Shown: one piece after another, positions 23,640 through 37,139 of the stretch
Layout of the letters: the number at the start of each line of letters is the position of its first letter
Numbering within the stretch: the first letter of the stretch is position 1
Source of the DNA: Gracilinanus agilis
Taxonomy: Eukaryota
Assembly: GCF_016433145.1 (NCBI RefSeq)
Contig: NC_058135.1
Span: 229,399,566-229,463,565 of the forward strand
Direction of reading: 5' to 3'
DNA length: 64,000 bases
Position numbers and translations under genes: made by a program
The notes under the pieces: generated by a model
The model's database searches: none
What the model was told of the DNA's origin: nothing
The model's input: only the letters and a program-made list of their open reading frames with translations

Positions 23640-24300
23640 TTCCAGCAAGCTGAGCTTAAGGTATGAGCAGGTCATCAGGTTGTATTGGAAAATCCAGGAA
23701 TGCAGCTGTGGGGAGAGGCTGAGGGTAGAGATATAGATTTGGGAGTCCCCAGCACAGGAGGTGATTATGAAGATTACTGGTAGGACAGAACTTTAGGGAA
23801 CACCAGTTGTTAGGCGGCAAGCAGAAGAAGAAAAGGAAGGGAACCATCCCAGTGTAGCATCATGGAAGGCCAAGGATGTAAAGGCATCAAGGAGAGAGAT
23901 GACCCAGAGGGATGGCAGAGGCTTCCTGAGAGGCCAAAGAGATGAAGAAAGAAAAAAAAAAATTAAATTAAATGAGCAAGGAGTTTATTCATGATGTTGG
24001 CAAGAGGTTTTTTCAATATATATTTTTTGGGGGGTGGGGAAGAAGGGAGCATTTTAAGGGCTTACTGCTCAAGGAGTAAGGCTGTAAGGAAGTAGGAGAA
24101 TAAAGGTGGAGCAAGCTTTCTAAAAGTATGGAAGGAAGGGAGGAAGGAGGATATAGGGAAGAATTCTTGGAGAGAAAAAAAGAGAAGGGGGAGCAGGCAA
24201 TGTGTGTGGCTAATCAATAAGGGATAAATTTCTAAACAAAATACAAGAAGAGTAGCAACAATCAAAACTGAATATCAAATACTCCATAGCCCAAACTGGG
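23640..24300 (+). mobile_element. L2 LINE fragment
   Basis: gagatatagatttgggagtccccagc is typical L2 3' sequence. Confidence 0.65.
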
Positions 24301-26039
24301 TGGCGGCGAGTTCACTATTTGTCTAAGTTTTCTGGGGTAGATCTTCAACCCTGCCCATGATAGGCACCTGGGGCACCACCCTCTCTCTTTAGGATCCCAG
24401 AAACATTCAGCCCACATTCAAGGTATTCTCTGGGTCTGTATTCACTTCGAAATCCCAGCTCACAAAGCCTCACCGACCTGTTTGTTTTTTTTTCTGGTCC
24501 GTCAGGAAATACTATTAGTTCAGATGTACTTAATGAAACAGAATAGTAAGAAAGTTAGAACATGCCCCTCAGAACTTGGGGCTGGGGCATGCTCTCCCAC
24601 AAAGAGATTCGCCAGGAGAGGGAAGAAAGCCAGGGATCATCATCATCATCAGGACACTACATGGAGGGCCTTACCACTGACCACTTGGACACAAGATGAG
24701 AGTAGTTCTTGTCCTAGGCTAACCCGCATTTAAAAAACCTGCCAGACAGGCTGGCTCTTCCAGCCCTCACCCCTGGCTTAGGAATGCCCATCCCATCCTT
24801 TCTCCTGCCTCTTTCAGATTCAGAACTGTGACGGCGCGCCTTCTCTTCCCTTAGATCTCAGCCCTGAAATCTAATGTTACTGAATTGACTCCTGGCTCTA
24901 TAGACAATGAAACCGAGGCCCACAAAGGCTAGCTAAGAGTCTTGCAGAAGGGCACGATTAAAGTAAGCAAGTGACAGAGAAAGGATGAGAGCCCAGGTGC
25001 TCTCACTCCAAATTTAGCACTCTTCTACCTAAGCAGTCCACAGCAGTCCACTTACACCATCAAGTACATTTCAATTTTCCTAACAGCTAGCAGCACACCC
25101 CACTCCACCCTCACCCTAACTAAAGGGAAGGCAAGGAAAGCATTTTATGCAAGGAAATGCAAAGGACAAATCTAAAGCTGGAAGGGACTCCACCAGTCTC
25201 CTGGGTACACAGTCATTGATTTGGAACTGAAAGGGACTCAAGAGGTTGCCTCATCCAAATCCCTTATTTTTCAAATGAGGAAACCAAGGCCCAAAGAAGT
25301 TTCAGTGCCTTGCCAAAGGTCATACAAGCTATCAGAGGCAGTATCTGAACTCAGGTCCCTGGGGACTCCACAGTTAATACCAAGAAGTCTATTTCTTCCA
25401 TCACTTCAAAAACCCCAAACATCCCAACGAGTACATAATAAGGGCACATCATTCTTCATAGTGGCTAGTTCCTTAAGGAGCTGCTGCTACCCTCCAAATC
25501 TCTCTTTTCCCAGCTGAAAAGATGCTCTTCTGTTGGTTTTGATTAGATTAACTAGTTCCATTAAAAGGGCCTGGATCACTGGAGGGAGCCTCAAACAGAT
25601 TCAACTTTTTTTTTAAAGCACCTTCCTTTGAACTTTTTATTTTTTTTAGCCCTCGCTTTCTGTCTTAGTAATAACTTTTAAGCCAGAAAGGCAAGAGCTA
25701 GCAATTTGGGTTACGTGACTTTCCCAGAGTGACACAGTTATAAAGTATCTGAGTCCACACTTGAACCCAGGTCCTCCTGATTCCAGGACTGGGGGCCTAT
25801 CCACTTAGTCACATACATGCCCCGCTTCTGACTTATTATAAAGGATTGAGTTTGCCTATATCTACTCACAAGGCATAGAGCAACCCAAATGCTTTGTTAA
25901 AATTTCTAATAGTTTCTATTCTCTCTACCATTTAGGGGGAAAAAAACATACAAATTTCAGTCTGCTTTTACTCTGATTAGGAGTCAAAATTCACTCTCAG
26001 ATGGTGGACTCATCAACTCCTAAGGGTTCAACGACTGTC

Positions 26040-27400
26040 ATTTTGCAGCTGAGCTGACTTCCAGATTTTAAATCCAACCCTAGGTCTAGTCCTGCGTCCC
26101 CAGTGGCCTATTGGACATTTTGGATTAGATTGTATAGTACGTATCTCAAATGAAACACATTATGTTTCTCCCTAAACCTACCAATCTATCTTGTGGGCCT
26201 CTATTTCTGCGGAGGGTACCGCGATGCAGCTTTGTACAATGGTATCATCATTAACTCTTAATTCTTAATCCATGTATCCAGTCGGTTGCCATCTTGTATC
26301 ATTTCTGTTTCCACAATATCCCTGGCATGCCCTCCCTTTCTTTCCACTCATAAAGTCAACTGCTCTATTTAAGGTCTATCCTTACCACCTTCCACTTGGG
26401 ACTATTTCAAAAGCCTCTCATTTGGCCTTCCTGAGTAAAGTTGCCCCCACTGCAATCTATCCTCTGTTCGGTTGCCAAATGGATTTTTTTTAACCCCTTA
26501 TCTTCCATATTAGAATCAATACTGTGTATTGGTTCCAAGGCAGAAGACTGGCAAGGGTAGGCAATGGGGGTCAAGTGACTTGCCCAGGGTCACGCAGCTA
26601 GGAAGTATCTGAGGTACTATTTGAATCCAGGATCTCCCACCTCTAGGCCTGACTCTCAATCTACTGGGCCTCACAGCCAAATGGACTTTCCAAAAAAACT
26701 CATTTAATTAATATTTTCCCGTGGTTACCTGTTTCATATTCTTCCCCTCCCCTCTTCTCTCCCCCCTCCCATAGCCAACGATCAATTTAACAGGGTTTTA
26801 CATGTATCTCCAAATGGATTTATTAAAGTAATAGTGCAAATGCTCCCTGCCTCTCCCCAATCCCTAATAAATTCCTGTTGTTCCCTATTCCCTATTCCCT
26901 ATAGGTTCGCACATAAACTCTTTGGGGGAGGGAAGAAACACTTATTAAGTGCCTATTATATGCTAGGTACTGTGTTAAGCTGCTTTACAAATATTTCCTC
27001 TTCACAACTCCTCTGACATTGGCATTGACAACCTGGCTCCTTCTCATGTCTCTCCATTCTTCTTCTATTACTCTCCTCCATATTGTCTATAGTTCAGCCA
27101 TACTGGCCGAACGCACTGGTTCCAACACAAGACACTGTATCCCCCATCTCTGTATGCTGCAAAGGCATCCACGATCCCCCAACCCTGGGAAGCTCCCTGC
27201 ATACCTCCTGGGACCTCTGGTCTCTTATAAGAATCTGCTTAAATGCCACCTTCTGGAAAAGGCCTTTACAAGGCCTGTTTGGCTGCCAGTCCCCTTCTAT
27301 TCACTAAGGAGACTCTGTGTATTTTGCATATATCGATGTATGTGCTTGATGTCTCCCCATTAGAATGCAAGCTTCTCTAGGGCACTTACCCCCAGAGCAA
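26040..27400 (-). mobile_element. L2 fragments interrupted by a SINE1_Mdo-like SINE (~26489-26680), an L1 3' piece and a MIR
   Basis: Pyrimidine-rich L2 antisense motifs, and SINE consensus aaccccttatcttccatattagaatc... Confidence 0.6.
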
Positions 27401-27545
27401 ATCACTTAACCTTATTGGCCTCAGTTTCCTCATCTGTAAAACGAGCTGCAGAAGGAAATGGCAAACCACTCTAGTATTTTTGCCAAGAAAATGTCAAATA
27501 GGATCACGAAGAGACAGACATGGCTGAAAATCAACTAACAACAAT
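27390..27545 (+). mobile_element. Mar1-type CORE-SINE (5'-truncated)
   Basis: ggcctcagtttcctcatctgtaaa...gaaggaaatggcaaaccactctagtat. Confidence 0.75.
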
Positions 27546-29487
27546 AAAAATTCTAGTTCCTGGCCAACTAGTGAGTGCTTAACTGATGTCTGCTGATTAG
27601 TTGAATGCTAAAAAGTTCCTGGAAACCCACGGTCAGTGGAGGAAGAGGAAGGGAAGACTTGAATTTGAATCCTGGCTTTGCCACTATATGTGGGACTTCT
27701 GGCAAATCCCTTTCTGGGACTAGGTTTCTTTATCTATAAATGAATTGTTTGGATTTAGATGTTTTCTAAGGTCCCCTTGTATCTCTAAATCATAGGGTCC
27801 TCAATGTAGAAGTAGAAGGGTCTTGTGGTCCAGGCCTCCCAGGTCATAAAGAAGGAATCTGAGGACTAAGAAGATTAAGTGACTTGCCCAGATTAGAACA
27901 TCTGTGCTTGAGGCAAGATTCTAGATTCCTAATTCTAGAGTCAGGCTTCTCCCTTAAATCTAATAATGCTGGCCAAAACTGTCATCACCTCATACCTTGA
28001 TTATTACCAATAACATTTGGCTTTATTTCCCATAATTCCCCTAGAATACCTCTGCTCCTACCAGAGATCTACCATTATTCTTCAAACACCACACATATCT
28101 CCCTTCTTTTTTCCTCTCTCAGGCTATAGCCTCTTCTTAGGTTTTCTGAACATTTAAAAAATTCCAAGCATTCCAGGGCTGCCCTCAAAGGCTCAGCTCA
28201 AGCCCCATTGCTTCCATGAGGCCCTTCCTGGCCATGTCAGTTCCCAGAGACCACTCCAGCCTCTGATGTCCTGCTGACTTGGGACCCTCACTTGGCAGTG
28301 AGCCTCTGGGTTTGTTTTTCAAGATACTCAGAGCCAAGATTCCTGAAGTGATCCTGGAGAGTGACAGAGACCCTGATGACACTCTCTTGCCAAAGGGTCA
28401 GGGCCACTTAAAGTACTGGGAAATAACTGAAGGACTCTGTTTTTCCTTTAGCCATTAAAGTTTTAAAGCTCTTGGGTAATAAGGATCCCTAAACCCTAGG
28501 GAACTCAGGTTTCCCCTAACTAATCAATCATAGGACCAGGGAATTTGGGGATTTAGTGTAAAGTCCCTTTTTATATATATAGATACATGAAGCCCAGAAA
28601 AGTTAAGTGACTGTTCTAAGATCATACAAGTAGTTCTAAAGCAGGCAGCCCAGTAACCCCAAGTTGCTTTAGGATAAAGAACCTTATTCAGCAAGTATGT
28701 TTTCCAAAGCCTTCTTCCCTTCCTGTAATCTGCTGACCATGGGTTTCCAGTTGTTCTTCTCCAGCTTATTTTGCAGATGAGGAAACTGAGGCAAACAGGG
28801 TTAAGTGACTCAGAGTCACACAGTTAGTAAATGACTGAGACCAGATTTGAACTCAGAAAGATGAATCTTAGTGGTTTCAGACCTGACGTTCTATCTACTG
28901 CACCACCTGGCTGACTGGATTACTGAATAATGTTTCACCAAACTCTGGGACTAATAATCTCATATGAGAAATCTGATCAATTCCTTTTTATTTTTCTAGA
29001 CCTCAATCTCTTCACCTCTGGGTATCTTTCTCCCTTCCCCCTCTGTACCAATAGAATCTATACATGTGTGTTGACTCATCTTTCCATTTGGGAGGTGAAT
29101 CTCTTGTCTTAATAGGATCAATCATGGGAAAATATCTAGCTCTGGAATTGGAAAGAATCTACTAGTCTTGAAGCTCGACCTTCTCGTGTCCCAGGTGAGG
29201 AGACAGTGGCCAAGAGAGAGGCTGGCTCATTGTCACATAGCCAATAAGTCTTGGAAGTAGAATTTGAACTCAGCAATAAACTAGCTTTGGACTCTGAGAT
29301 TCCAAGTTCTGGGCTCTTTTCCCTACACAGGAAAGGAGAGAAGAATTATAGTTTACATTTATTTGATGTGAGGAATGCTTTCCCCACAACCAGTGAGTCC
29401 CATAAATATTTAACTTCACTTTACACATGGGTGAACAAAGACTTGATCCCAGATGCTTTTAGTTGCAAGCCTGGCCTTCTTTGCACA

Positions 29488-29557
29488 TATAAGGTGTCAC
29501 AAAAGTCTCAACCCAAGAAAGTTTATAATTGCACTACAACTTTTGGGACAGCCAGTA
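29488..29557. mobile_element. Short palindromic Tc1/mariner-type MITE, degraded
   Basis: tataaggtgtcacaaaagtc ... acttttgggacagccagta are inverted ends with TA flanks. Confidence 0.5.
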
Positions 29558-29589
29558 CTATGCTGTCTCCATGGCCTATTAAGATATAT

Positions 29590-29760
29590 AGGCAGCTAGG
29601 TGAGCTCTATGATAGAAGAATGCCAGGCCTGGAGTTGAGAGAACTTAGTTAATATTTGGTTGTGTGACCCTGGGCAAGTCACTTAACCCCATTTGCCTAC
29701 TCATTGCCCTTCTGTTTTAAGAGTTGTTACTAGGAAAGACAATAAGGATTAAAAAAAAAA
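29590..29760 (+). mobile_element. SINE1_Mdo-like SINE with TSD
   Basis: AAGATATATAG is duplicated on both sides. Confidence 0.8.
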
Positions 29761-29899
29761 AGATATATAGGAATGTGGCTTTCCAAATCCAGTTTTGTTA
29801 TATTGTAGTTATAAGGGACTCTGGTGACCATTTTAGTTTGAAATAGGACCAAAAAAGAATCTTATTTCCACCATACCAGAAAAGGGGTGGGTGTGAGAT

Positions 29900-30790
29900 C
29901 CAGCCTCTGCTTGAGGACCTCTAATGAAGGGAAATCCACTCCTTCCAAGGAAGCTTTCCTGACCTCAGGCCCAAATCCGCCCCATTGAAACTTCTAGCCA
30001 TTGCTCCAAGTTTTGTCCTTGAGGGACAAAACAGAACAAGGGGACTCCCTTTTCCATTTCACAGACTTTCCAAGCACAGGTGCCATCTTCCTCCTAGGTG
30101 TTTCCCTCTCTAGATCAAACATTCCCCGTTCTTCAGTCTTATGTGGCCTGAGATTTCACTGTTCTAACCACCAACCTCTGGACATCCTCCAGCTATCAGA
30201 GTCCTTCCTAAGCCAGTGGTGGTACCCAGAAATGAACATAGGAATCTAGGTATGGTCTGACAAGGGCAGAGACCAATGGCATAATCTAGCTTAATGCTAG
30301 ATTAAAGGATATTAGCTCTCTGGCATCTCAGCTAAGCACGGCAAGTCATCATAATTGAGTCCTAAAAAGGGTTTTGGGGGAAGTGTCAGTGATTCATTAT
30401 ATATCACTTCTGCAATCTATGCCTTTCATAATGTAGACCAAAATAGAATGAGCTTTTTTGGGGAGTGCTACCAGATTGCTGACTGGCATTGACCATTAAA
30501 ATTTCTAGATAGTTTTCATATAAACTGTTTTCTAGCCATTTCTCCCATTGATTTGTTACGTTGATTCTTTTTTCCAACTCAAATTCAAGGCTTTCTACTT
30601 ATTCCCATTAAATTCAGGTCAATGTTCTAGTTTTGTCAAGATCCTTTTGGATCTTGGCTGGTAATGATCAAGTTAATCATCACTCTCAGCTTTGTATCAT
30701 TTTGAATTATTTGATCTCAACTTTGCTTTTGTCTGACATTGAAAAAAATATTAAATAACTCTGGGCTGAGAACAGATCCTTGAGGCACTC
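29900..30790 (-). mobile_element. L3/CR1 LINE fragment
   Basis: cccagaaatgaacatagg...tggtctgacaagggcagag is CR1 antisense sequence. Confidence 0.65.
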
Positions 30791-32399
30791 GATCTTTCCG
30801 AATGCTCCAATTTCTTTATCTGTTAAAAAGTGATAATGGTATGTACCTAGGATGTCTACCTCATGGGATTTTTGTAAGGCTCAGATATAGGTAGACCTCT
30901 AGAGGAGACCGCTTCTTATCATTATTGATGTTATTTGCTCTGTTCATCATTTAAATTTAGTTCCTGCTTTCTCTGCCTTGGGAAGACTTTTCATTCTCAC
31001 TTGACCAAGGGCTGGATGACAACTTTGGGGCTTCAGGGTCCTTCATCTCTACAAAGATCCAGGTTCTCCTTCTGGGTTGGTCATGCACCCCAGCCAAAGG
31101 GCCTGCACATCTATTGCTGGTGGTGGAAGGATGCTGCTGCCAGAGGCTTACTGGTCAGTTTATAGTTGGGGTCATGATCACATGATCAGGCCAGCTGGGA
31201 AATACTAGATTAAAGCACATTAGCTCTCTGGCCTCTCAACCAGGCAGGAAAGCCATCATAACAGAGTCTTAAAATGAGTTTTAGGGGTGCTTAATAAATA
31301 TTTGTTAAATTACTGCTTGAAATGTGGACTAAGCTTCTCAGTATAGAGAGGAAGAGGGCTTCCCATGTCATCTTCAGCTTGGCACAAAATCATTAAAGAC
31401 AACATAGAGGCAACAAGTATAAACAAAAAAGATTTAAAAATCCATAATAATTTGGGGGAGAGAAGGCACCATCATTTAGGGGAAGGGAAGAGACCTCAAG
31501 AAGAGAGGGGTTAGCCTTTGACTTTAGTCTTGAAGGATTCTTGGAGGCAAAACTAGTGCTTTCCAGGAAGGGGTAGGGAATCCAGTGCAAAGCCACGGAG
31601 AAGGATTTGGTATAATGGAATTTTGCCAATACCCACACCAATGGAATGACAGATATTTTAAAGAAACCAGGAGGCATAGGGCAGTGCTCCATAAAGGGGT
31701 AAAAGAACCACTTTAAGCCCACTGTTCAAAAACAGCAGAATTCTCCCTGGGTTGAAAATCAAGAATCTACTAGGGTAGAAAGGAGAGAGAAGGGAGATAT
31801 GGGAGTTGAGAATGGTTCTGCCATAGCTTCCTTTTCTTACTCCTATCACTCATCCTCCATTTCTGATTTGATTTGATACAAAGAACTGGGATTAAAGGAC
31901 ATATTCTTTCCTTAAATGGAACATGTCTTGAAACAATTATCTCCCTCTTCTAGAGTAACTTGTCTGGAAGGGCTCATTAGTGGGATGTGGTCCAGCTTGT
32001 TCCCAACAAATGACAGAGTATCCCAGTGGTATGAAGCAATGTGAAACCAGAATGAATACATGGGCAGTTGAAAGAAATGAAAACACAAATTTGCCTTGCT
32101 GGCGTCTTGAAGTCAAAGGCTTAGTCAATTTTGCAGAGCAATTTTGTAGATGACATTCTCAGAAAGAGGATTGTGCCCCAAATAAGATCTTTTGAAGTAC
32201 AACTGCAGGGGCTTTAACAAAACAAATTAGAGTAGGTGGTTAGGAAGGCACAGAGAACATAACATAGCAATGGAACTACCCTGGGGTGGGGAGAAGGAAA
32301 GGTCAACTAAATTTTAACTAACTTCTATTTTACAAACTAAAACTAAATAAAAATTTATGAATCCTTTTAGGGCCAAAGAGAACATGGATTTAATGTTCC

Positions 32400-34720
32400 T
32401 GTTGCCATCCCACTCTAGCCAAGCATAGCCTACTTTCACACTGATGCCTTCCTCAACTTTCTAACTGCCCAATCACCAGCCAGTACTTTGTGTTGAAAAA
32501 TAATTTCTCTCCCACATTCACAATGGCATGGTGCTCCCTATCACCATGCTGCTATGTAGTGTGGAAAAGAGTACAGAATGGTTGTGACCACTGAGCAGGA
32601 CTCAAATGAATGAGTGACTCTATTCAGCAGCCTCTCTACTCAACTCTTATAGATTCCCTCTCATTCTTCATAACCACCATTTGAAATCTTTTCCCATCTC
32701 CTCAAGATGCTAACCCTGACATTTGCAGCAGAGGACTTTGCCTTCTGTTTCTGAAGCTGAAGGGAGTTCCCTCAAATACCCTCCTGCATTCGAGCAACTT
32801 TTCTAGCAACATCACCCTTTCTCTCCTCCTTTACTGAGGTATTTGATGAGATCACCTTCCTTTTTATTACAGCTAATCCTCTGATCTCATCTGCTCTTGC
32901 TTCCTCAAAAAATTTACTCTAGAAATCATTCCTCTTTCTCATGCATTTTTCAACCTTTTCATTTCATTTTCATCTTTTCTTTGCCATTATCTCCTTCCCA
33001 GTACCAGAGAACATGCTAATTAAATACTAAAAAGTCTTTACTTAAATCTTTTACCCCATTTATTAACATCTTGTTTTTCTCCACCTTTCCTGCACTACAT
33101 GTACATTTCTTGTAAAATTAGTGTGCATGTGACACTTCCAACTTCTTAGAGTGGCTCCATAGAATCTCATTTGGAAGGAAATCCCTTTGCAACATTTCTC
33201 TCAAGTAGGATCAGTGCATTAGGAAGACTGTTTTGGTAATAGTGAACTAGAAAGGGTAGAACCAGGAGTCTGAGAGATCAGGTAAGAAGAGAAATATTAT
33301 ATTAGTCCAGAAAAGAGGTGAAGTGGGCCTGGACCAAGGTGGTGGCAATATATGAGGAAATAATGAAAAAAAAACAGAATTAAGTTAAAATTGATGGGAC
33401 TGGACAACTGACTAGATATGGAATGGGGTGAGAAAAAGGGAAAAATCAAAGATGACGTGTCATTTTTATGGGGAGATTGACAGAAGTTGGGGAGATAGAA
33501 GGAGAATCATTGAGGGGAGGAGCATCCAAGTCTAACAGACACAGAGATAGGTGGATATGGCAGACTAGAACTTGAGGGCTAGATATATAGATTTGGAGAT
33601 CATTTATACCGGGATCACAGTTGAAACCATAGAAGTAGGAGAGATTATCCAGAGAAAGACTATAGAAAAAGGAGGGCAGCACCTTACAGGATACCTATAT
33701 GTAGTAGGCAAGAGGATAAATGAGTCAATGAAGGAGTGAAGATCTGAAAAAGCAGGAGAACAGAGAAGAATAGTCTTGGAATCCAAAGAAAGATAGTAGA
33801 TGGTCAGAAGAAGGGGAAGGTCAAAAGTGTGAGTTAAGGCAAAAAACATCAAGGAAAATTAGAACTGAGAAAGGCTCACAGGATTTGTAATCAAAAGACA
33901 ACTAGTTTTAGAGAAGTGGTGAAGTCAACAGTTAGACTATAAGGAATTGAAGAGTAATCAGGTAGTGAGTAATTGAGATGCAAGGGAGGCAGTGAGTGCA
34001 GACTATTTTAGAAAGGAAAAAGTTTAGTTAGAAGGAGATAGCGGAGTTATAGATATAGAAAATGGCAAGGTCAAGTGAAGCACTATCCTGGTCATGAACT
34101 TTTCAGATATTGTCATTTGATCTTCACAACACTCTTGGGAGTTGGATGCTATCATTATCCCCCTTTAACAGTTGAGGGAAAAAAAGTGAGGCAAAGAGAG
34201 ATAAGTGGTCACATAATAAATGCATGAATCTAGATTTGAACTCAGGTGTTCCTAAATCCAGACACAGAACTCTGTCTGCTTTATCACCAAATGAACATGT
34301 TTGTAGGCAATGGAGAGGAAACAATTATAGGGAGATAGAAGATAAGAGAATGATTAATGGACTTGGGTCCCAGAGTGATCAAGGGCACAAGTAGAAGGGG
34401 TCCCCTTTGCAAAGGATAGAGTCATCTTATCTTATGAGACTTCAGTAAAAGAGATGAGAAATGAGGTCAAAGCATGGCAGATGGGAGAGAAGGGCACTTA
34501 CAATAAGAGTTTTGTTCATCTCAGCATAATAGGAGATGAAGTTGAATACTGAAAAAGAGAAGACAAGTTGGGAGCCTAAGAAGAGAAGAGATTTGAAATA
34601 GCCACTGTGGGAAGCATAATGAGTCAACAACAGATGAATAAAAGGTGAGTGGGAATAAATATATAGCCCACTATGTGCCGTGCACTGCACTAAACATGTT
34701 GTACATTCAATAGACAACTG
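32400..34720. mobile_element. L2 fragments in both orientations (minus ~32400-33150, plus ~33180-34720), with a MIR
   Basis: gggctagatatatagatttggagatcat and aggtcaaagcatggcag are L2 motifs. Confidence 0.6.
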
Positions 34721-35204
34721 TTAATGCCTGGGCAAATTACTCCTGGAGTCAACTAAATTCAAGGGGTCACACACATTTTAGGAAGGTCACAGGATTCCAG
34801 AATCAGAGGTAGAAGGCAACTTAGGGATCATCTAGTTCAACCCCTCAGTTCACAGAGGAGGAAACTAAGGCCCAGAAGGGATAAATAAGTAGCTTGCCCA
34901 AGCTCTTTTGCAATCTTTCATCATCCTCAAGAGGCAAGTGATGACAAGGGATACCATCTTGGAACAGCTGTTAATTCAAGGCATGGTATTAATGGGAACT
35001 ATCACAAAGATAGCTTTCCTCATCCCATGTACTACCTTTCCTGAGCCCAGTACTATGTTCATTCCTCTGGGAGATCTTTCTGAACCACAGTCTCCTCTAA
35101 TAAAGATAGCTTGAGGAATCAAATTTATATGGTAGGGGCAGGCCAGAATTTAGGACATGTCTGGTTAGGGACCTGCTTTTGCAAAGTCTTATTCAAGAAA
35201 AAAA

Positions 35205-35445
35205 AGGCAGCTATGTGGTGCAGTGGAAAGAGTGCTAGGCCTGAAGTCATGAAGACTCATCTTCCTGAGTTCAAATCCAGCCTCAAATATTTATTAGCTG
35301 TATGATCCTGGGCAAGTCACTTAATCTTGTTTACCTTAATTTCTTCATCTATAAAATGAGCTGAAGGAGGAAACCACTCTAGGCTCTTTGCCAAGAAACC
35401 CCCAAATGGGATTAAGAGAGTTGGATATAACTGAAATGACTAAAT
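35205..35445 (+). mobile_element. Mar1-type CORE-SINE
   Basis: Head ggcagctatgtggtgcagtggaaagagtgct, CORE and RTE-like tail. Confidence 0.8.
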
Positions 35446-36654
35446 AATTTTTTTAAAAAGGCATGCTTGCCTTCTCAAGGGTGTTTTTGTATACATGTAA
35501 TTGAGAAAAAAAAAAACAAATTGCATGCATGTATGTATGTATAAGCAAAAAATGGACACTTGATTTTCTTGAAATTGAGACTGTCCCCCAAAATCCAGGC
35601 CCTGTACCCTCCATATATGGGTGTGATGTCAAAGACATGCCCCATTACCATCCAACCTGAAGCTGATTTCCTGCCTAGACCTTCCCACTGGGAAGGGATG
35701 TGTTTATTGCAAAATGTTAGGTTAGTTTTGTAGTATGAAGCAATTCCATGTGAGTTGGGGTGGTGTAACCCAGTTTTTCTATGGTCTAAAAATACTTGGT
35801 TAGGATAATTATCAAGCTTCCAGACCCTCTGGGAAGGAGGAGGTAAAATCTTGCCTTGCTGAGACACAGCAGCAATAGTATCATCACCATCATTATAAAT
35901 ACAATTATATTATCTATCACAGATTTTATGTGTAATAAGAACAAGCAGTAGCTTGATGTAGGGAGCCTGAGGAAAACCTAGGTTCAAATTCTGTCTCAGA
36001 TACTTACTTACTGGCTTTGTGACCACAGGGAAGTCTCTTAACCCCTCTGTTCCTTCATTTTATCATCTGCCAAATGGAAGGGTTGGATTCAAAGACCTTT
36101 AGAAGCCAAAAATGTAAATCCTGTTGTTCTTGCTTCAGAGTACCTTCCCTCCCCCCTTCACCTTTTGCCTCTGGTTACCATTAAAAGCACAACATTTTAT
36201 CTGGACCAAGATTGAATAAATTGACAAGATCAGAAAGAAACTGGAGGACTACTAGGAGATTAAACAATATGGAATCCCTGTTATGTTGTGGTCAGATCAG
36301 AAACAGCCTAGATCAAATGATCCAGGCCCTTAATTGTTAACAGGGATCAGAACAGAGGTGATGGGCTGGGGGAATAGGAACTAGAGATATATATGTACAA
36401 ATGGAGGCAACATCTGGCTTTTTTTTTTTTTTACACAGACACAGACACACACAATCATCTTTTAGAATTCCATAAGAAATAAATCAATAAAAAGCTTGAA
36501 AGCTTATGTGTGTATGTGCTTATGTATATGCATGCATGCCAATAGCAAAATGATAAGAGAGATTTATACTCACCAGGGGATTCTCTGAAACCCTGAGGCA
36601 ATTGAGCTCAAATTAACATGGAAAAATAAGAGCTTTCTTAAATATTTGTCTTGG

Positions 36655-36860
36655 TGCTGGTGTTGTTCTGTCACGTCTGATTCTCCATGACCCTATTTTG
36701 GGGATGTCTTGGCAAAGATACAGTAGTAGTTTGCTATTTCCTTCTCCAGTTCACTTTACAGAGGAGGAAACAGAGGCAAACAGGCTGAAGTGACTTGCCC
36801 AAGGTTATATAGCTAGAAAGTGTCTGAGGTCAGATTTGAACTTAGGAAGATGAATCTAAG
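36655..36860 (-). mobile_element. Mar1-type CORE-SINE
   Basis: Antisense tail cttggcaaagatacagtagtagtttgctatttccttctccag. Confidence 0.75.
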
Positions 36861-37139
36861 CCCATTGTTGTGATACTGGGAATAAATAATGCCCAAATCC
36901 TGGTCTGGTTTTAAAAATATAACGGGAAACTAGGTAGAATTTCCTTCCTTTTGTTAGAGAGGAGGTGGGCTATGGATACTAAATGTGGCATATACTTTCT
37001 GATGGTGCTGATGTACAGGGTTGGCTTTACTTGTTGTCTATGGTAGTGCTGGGGTGTGTGTGTGTGTGTGTGTATATACACATACTTATGTACACATATT
37101 TAAAAGCATCAATAAAATTTTAAAAAGGAAACAGAGTAG

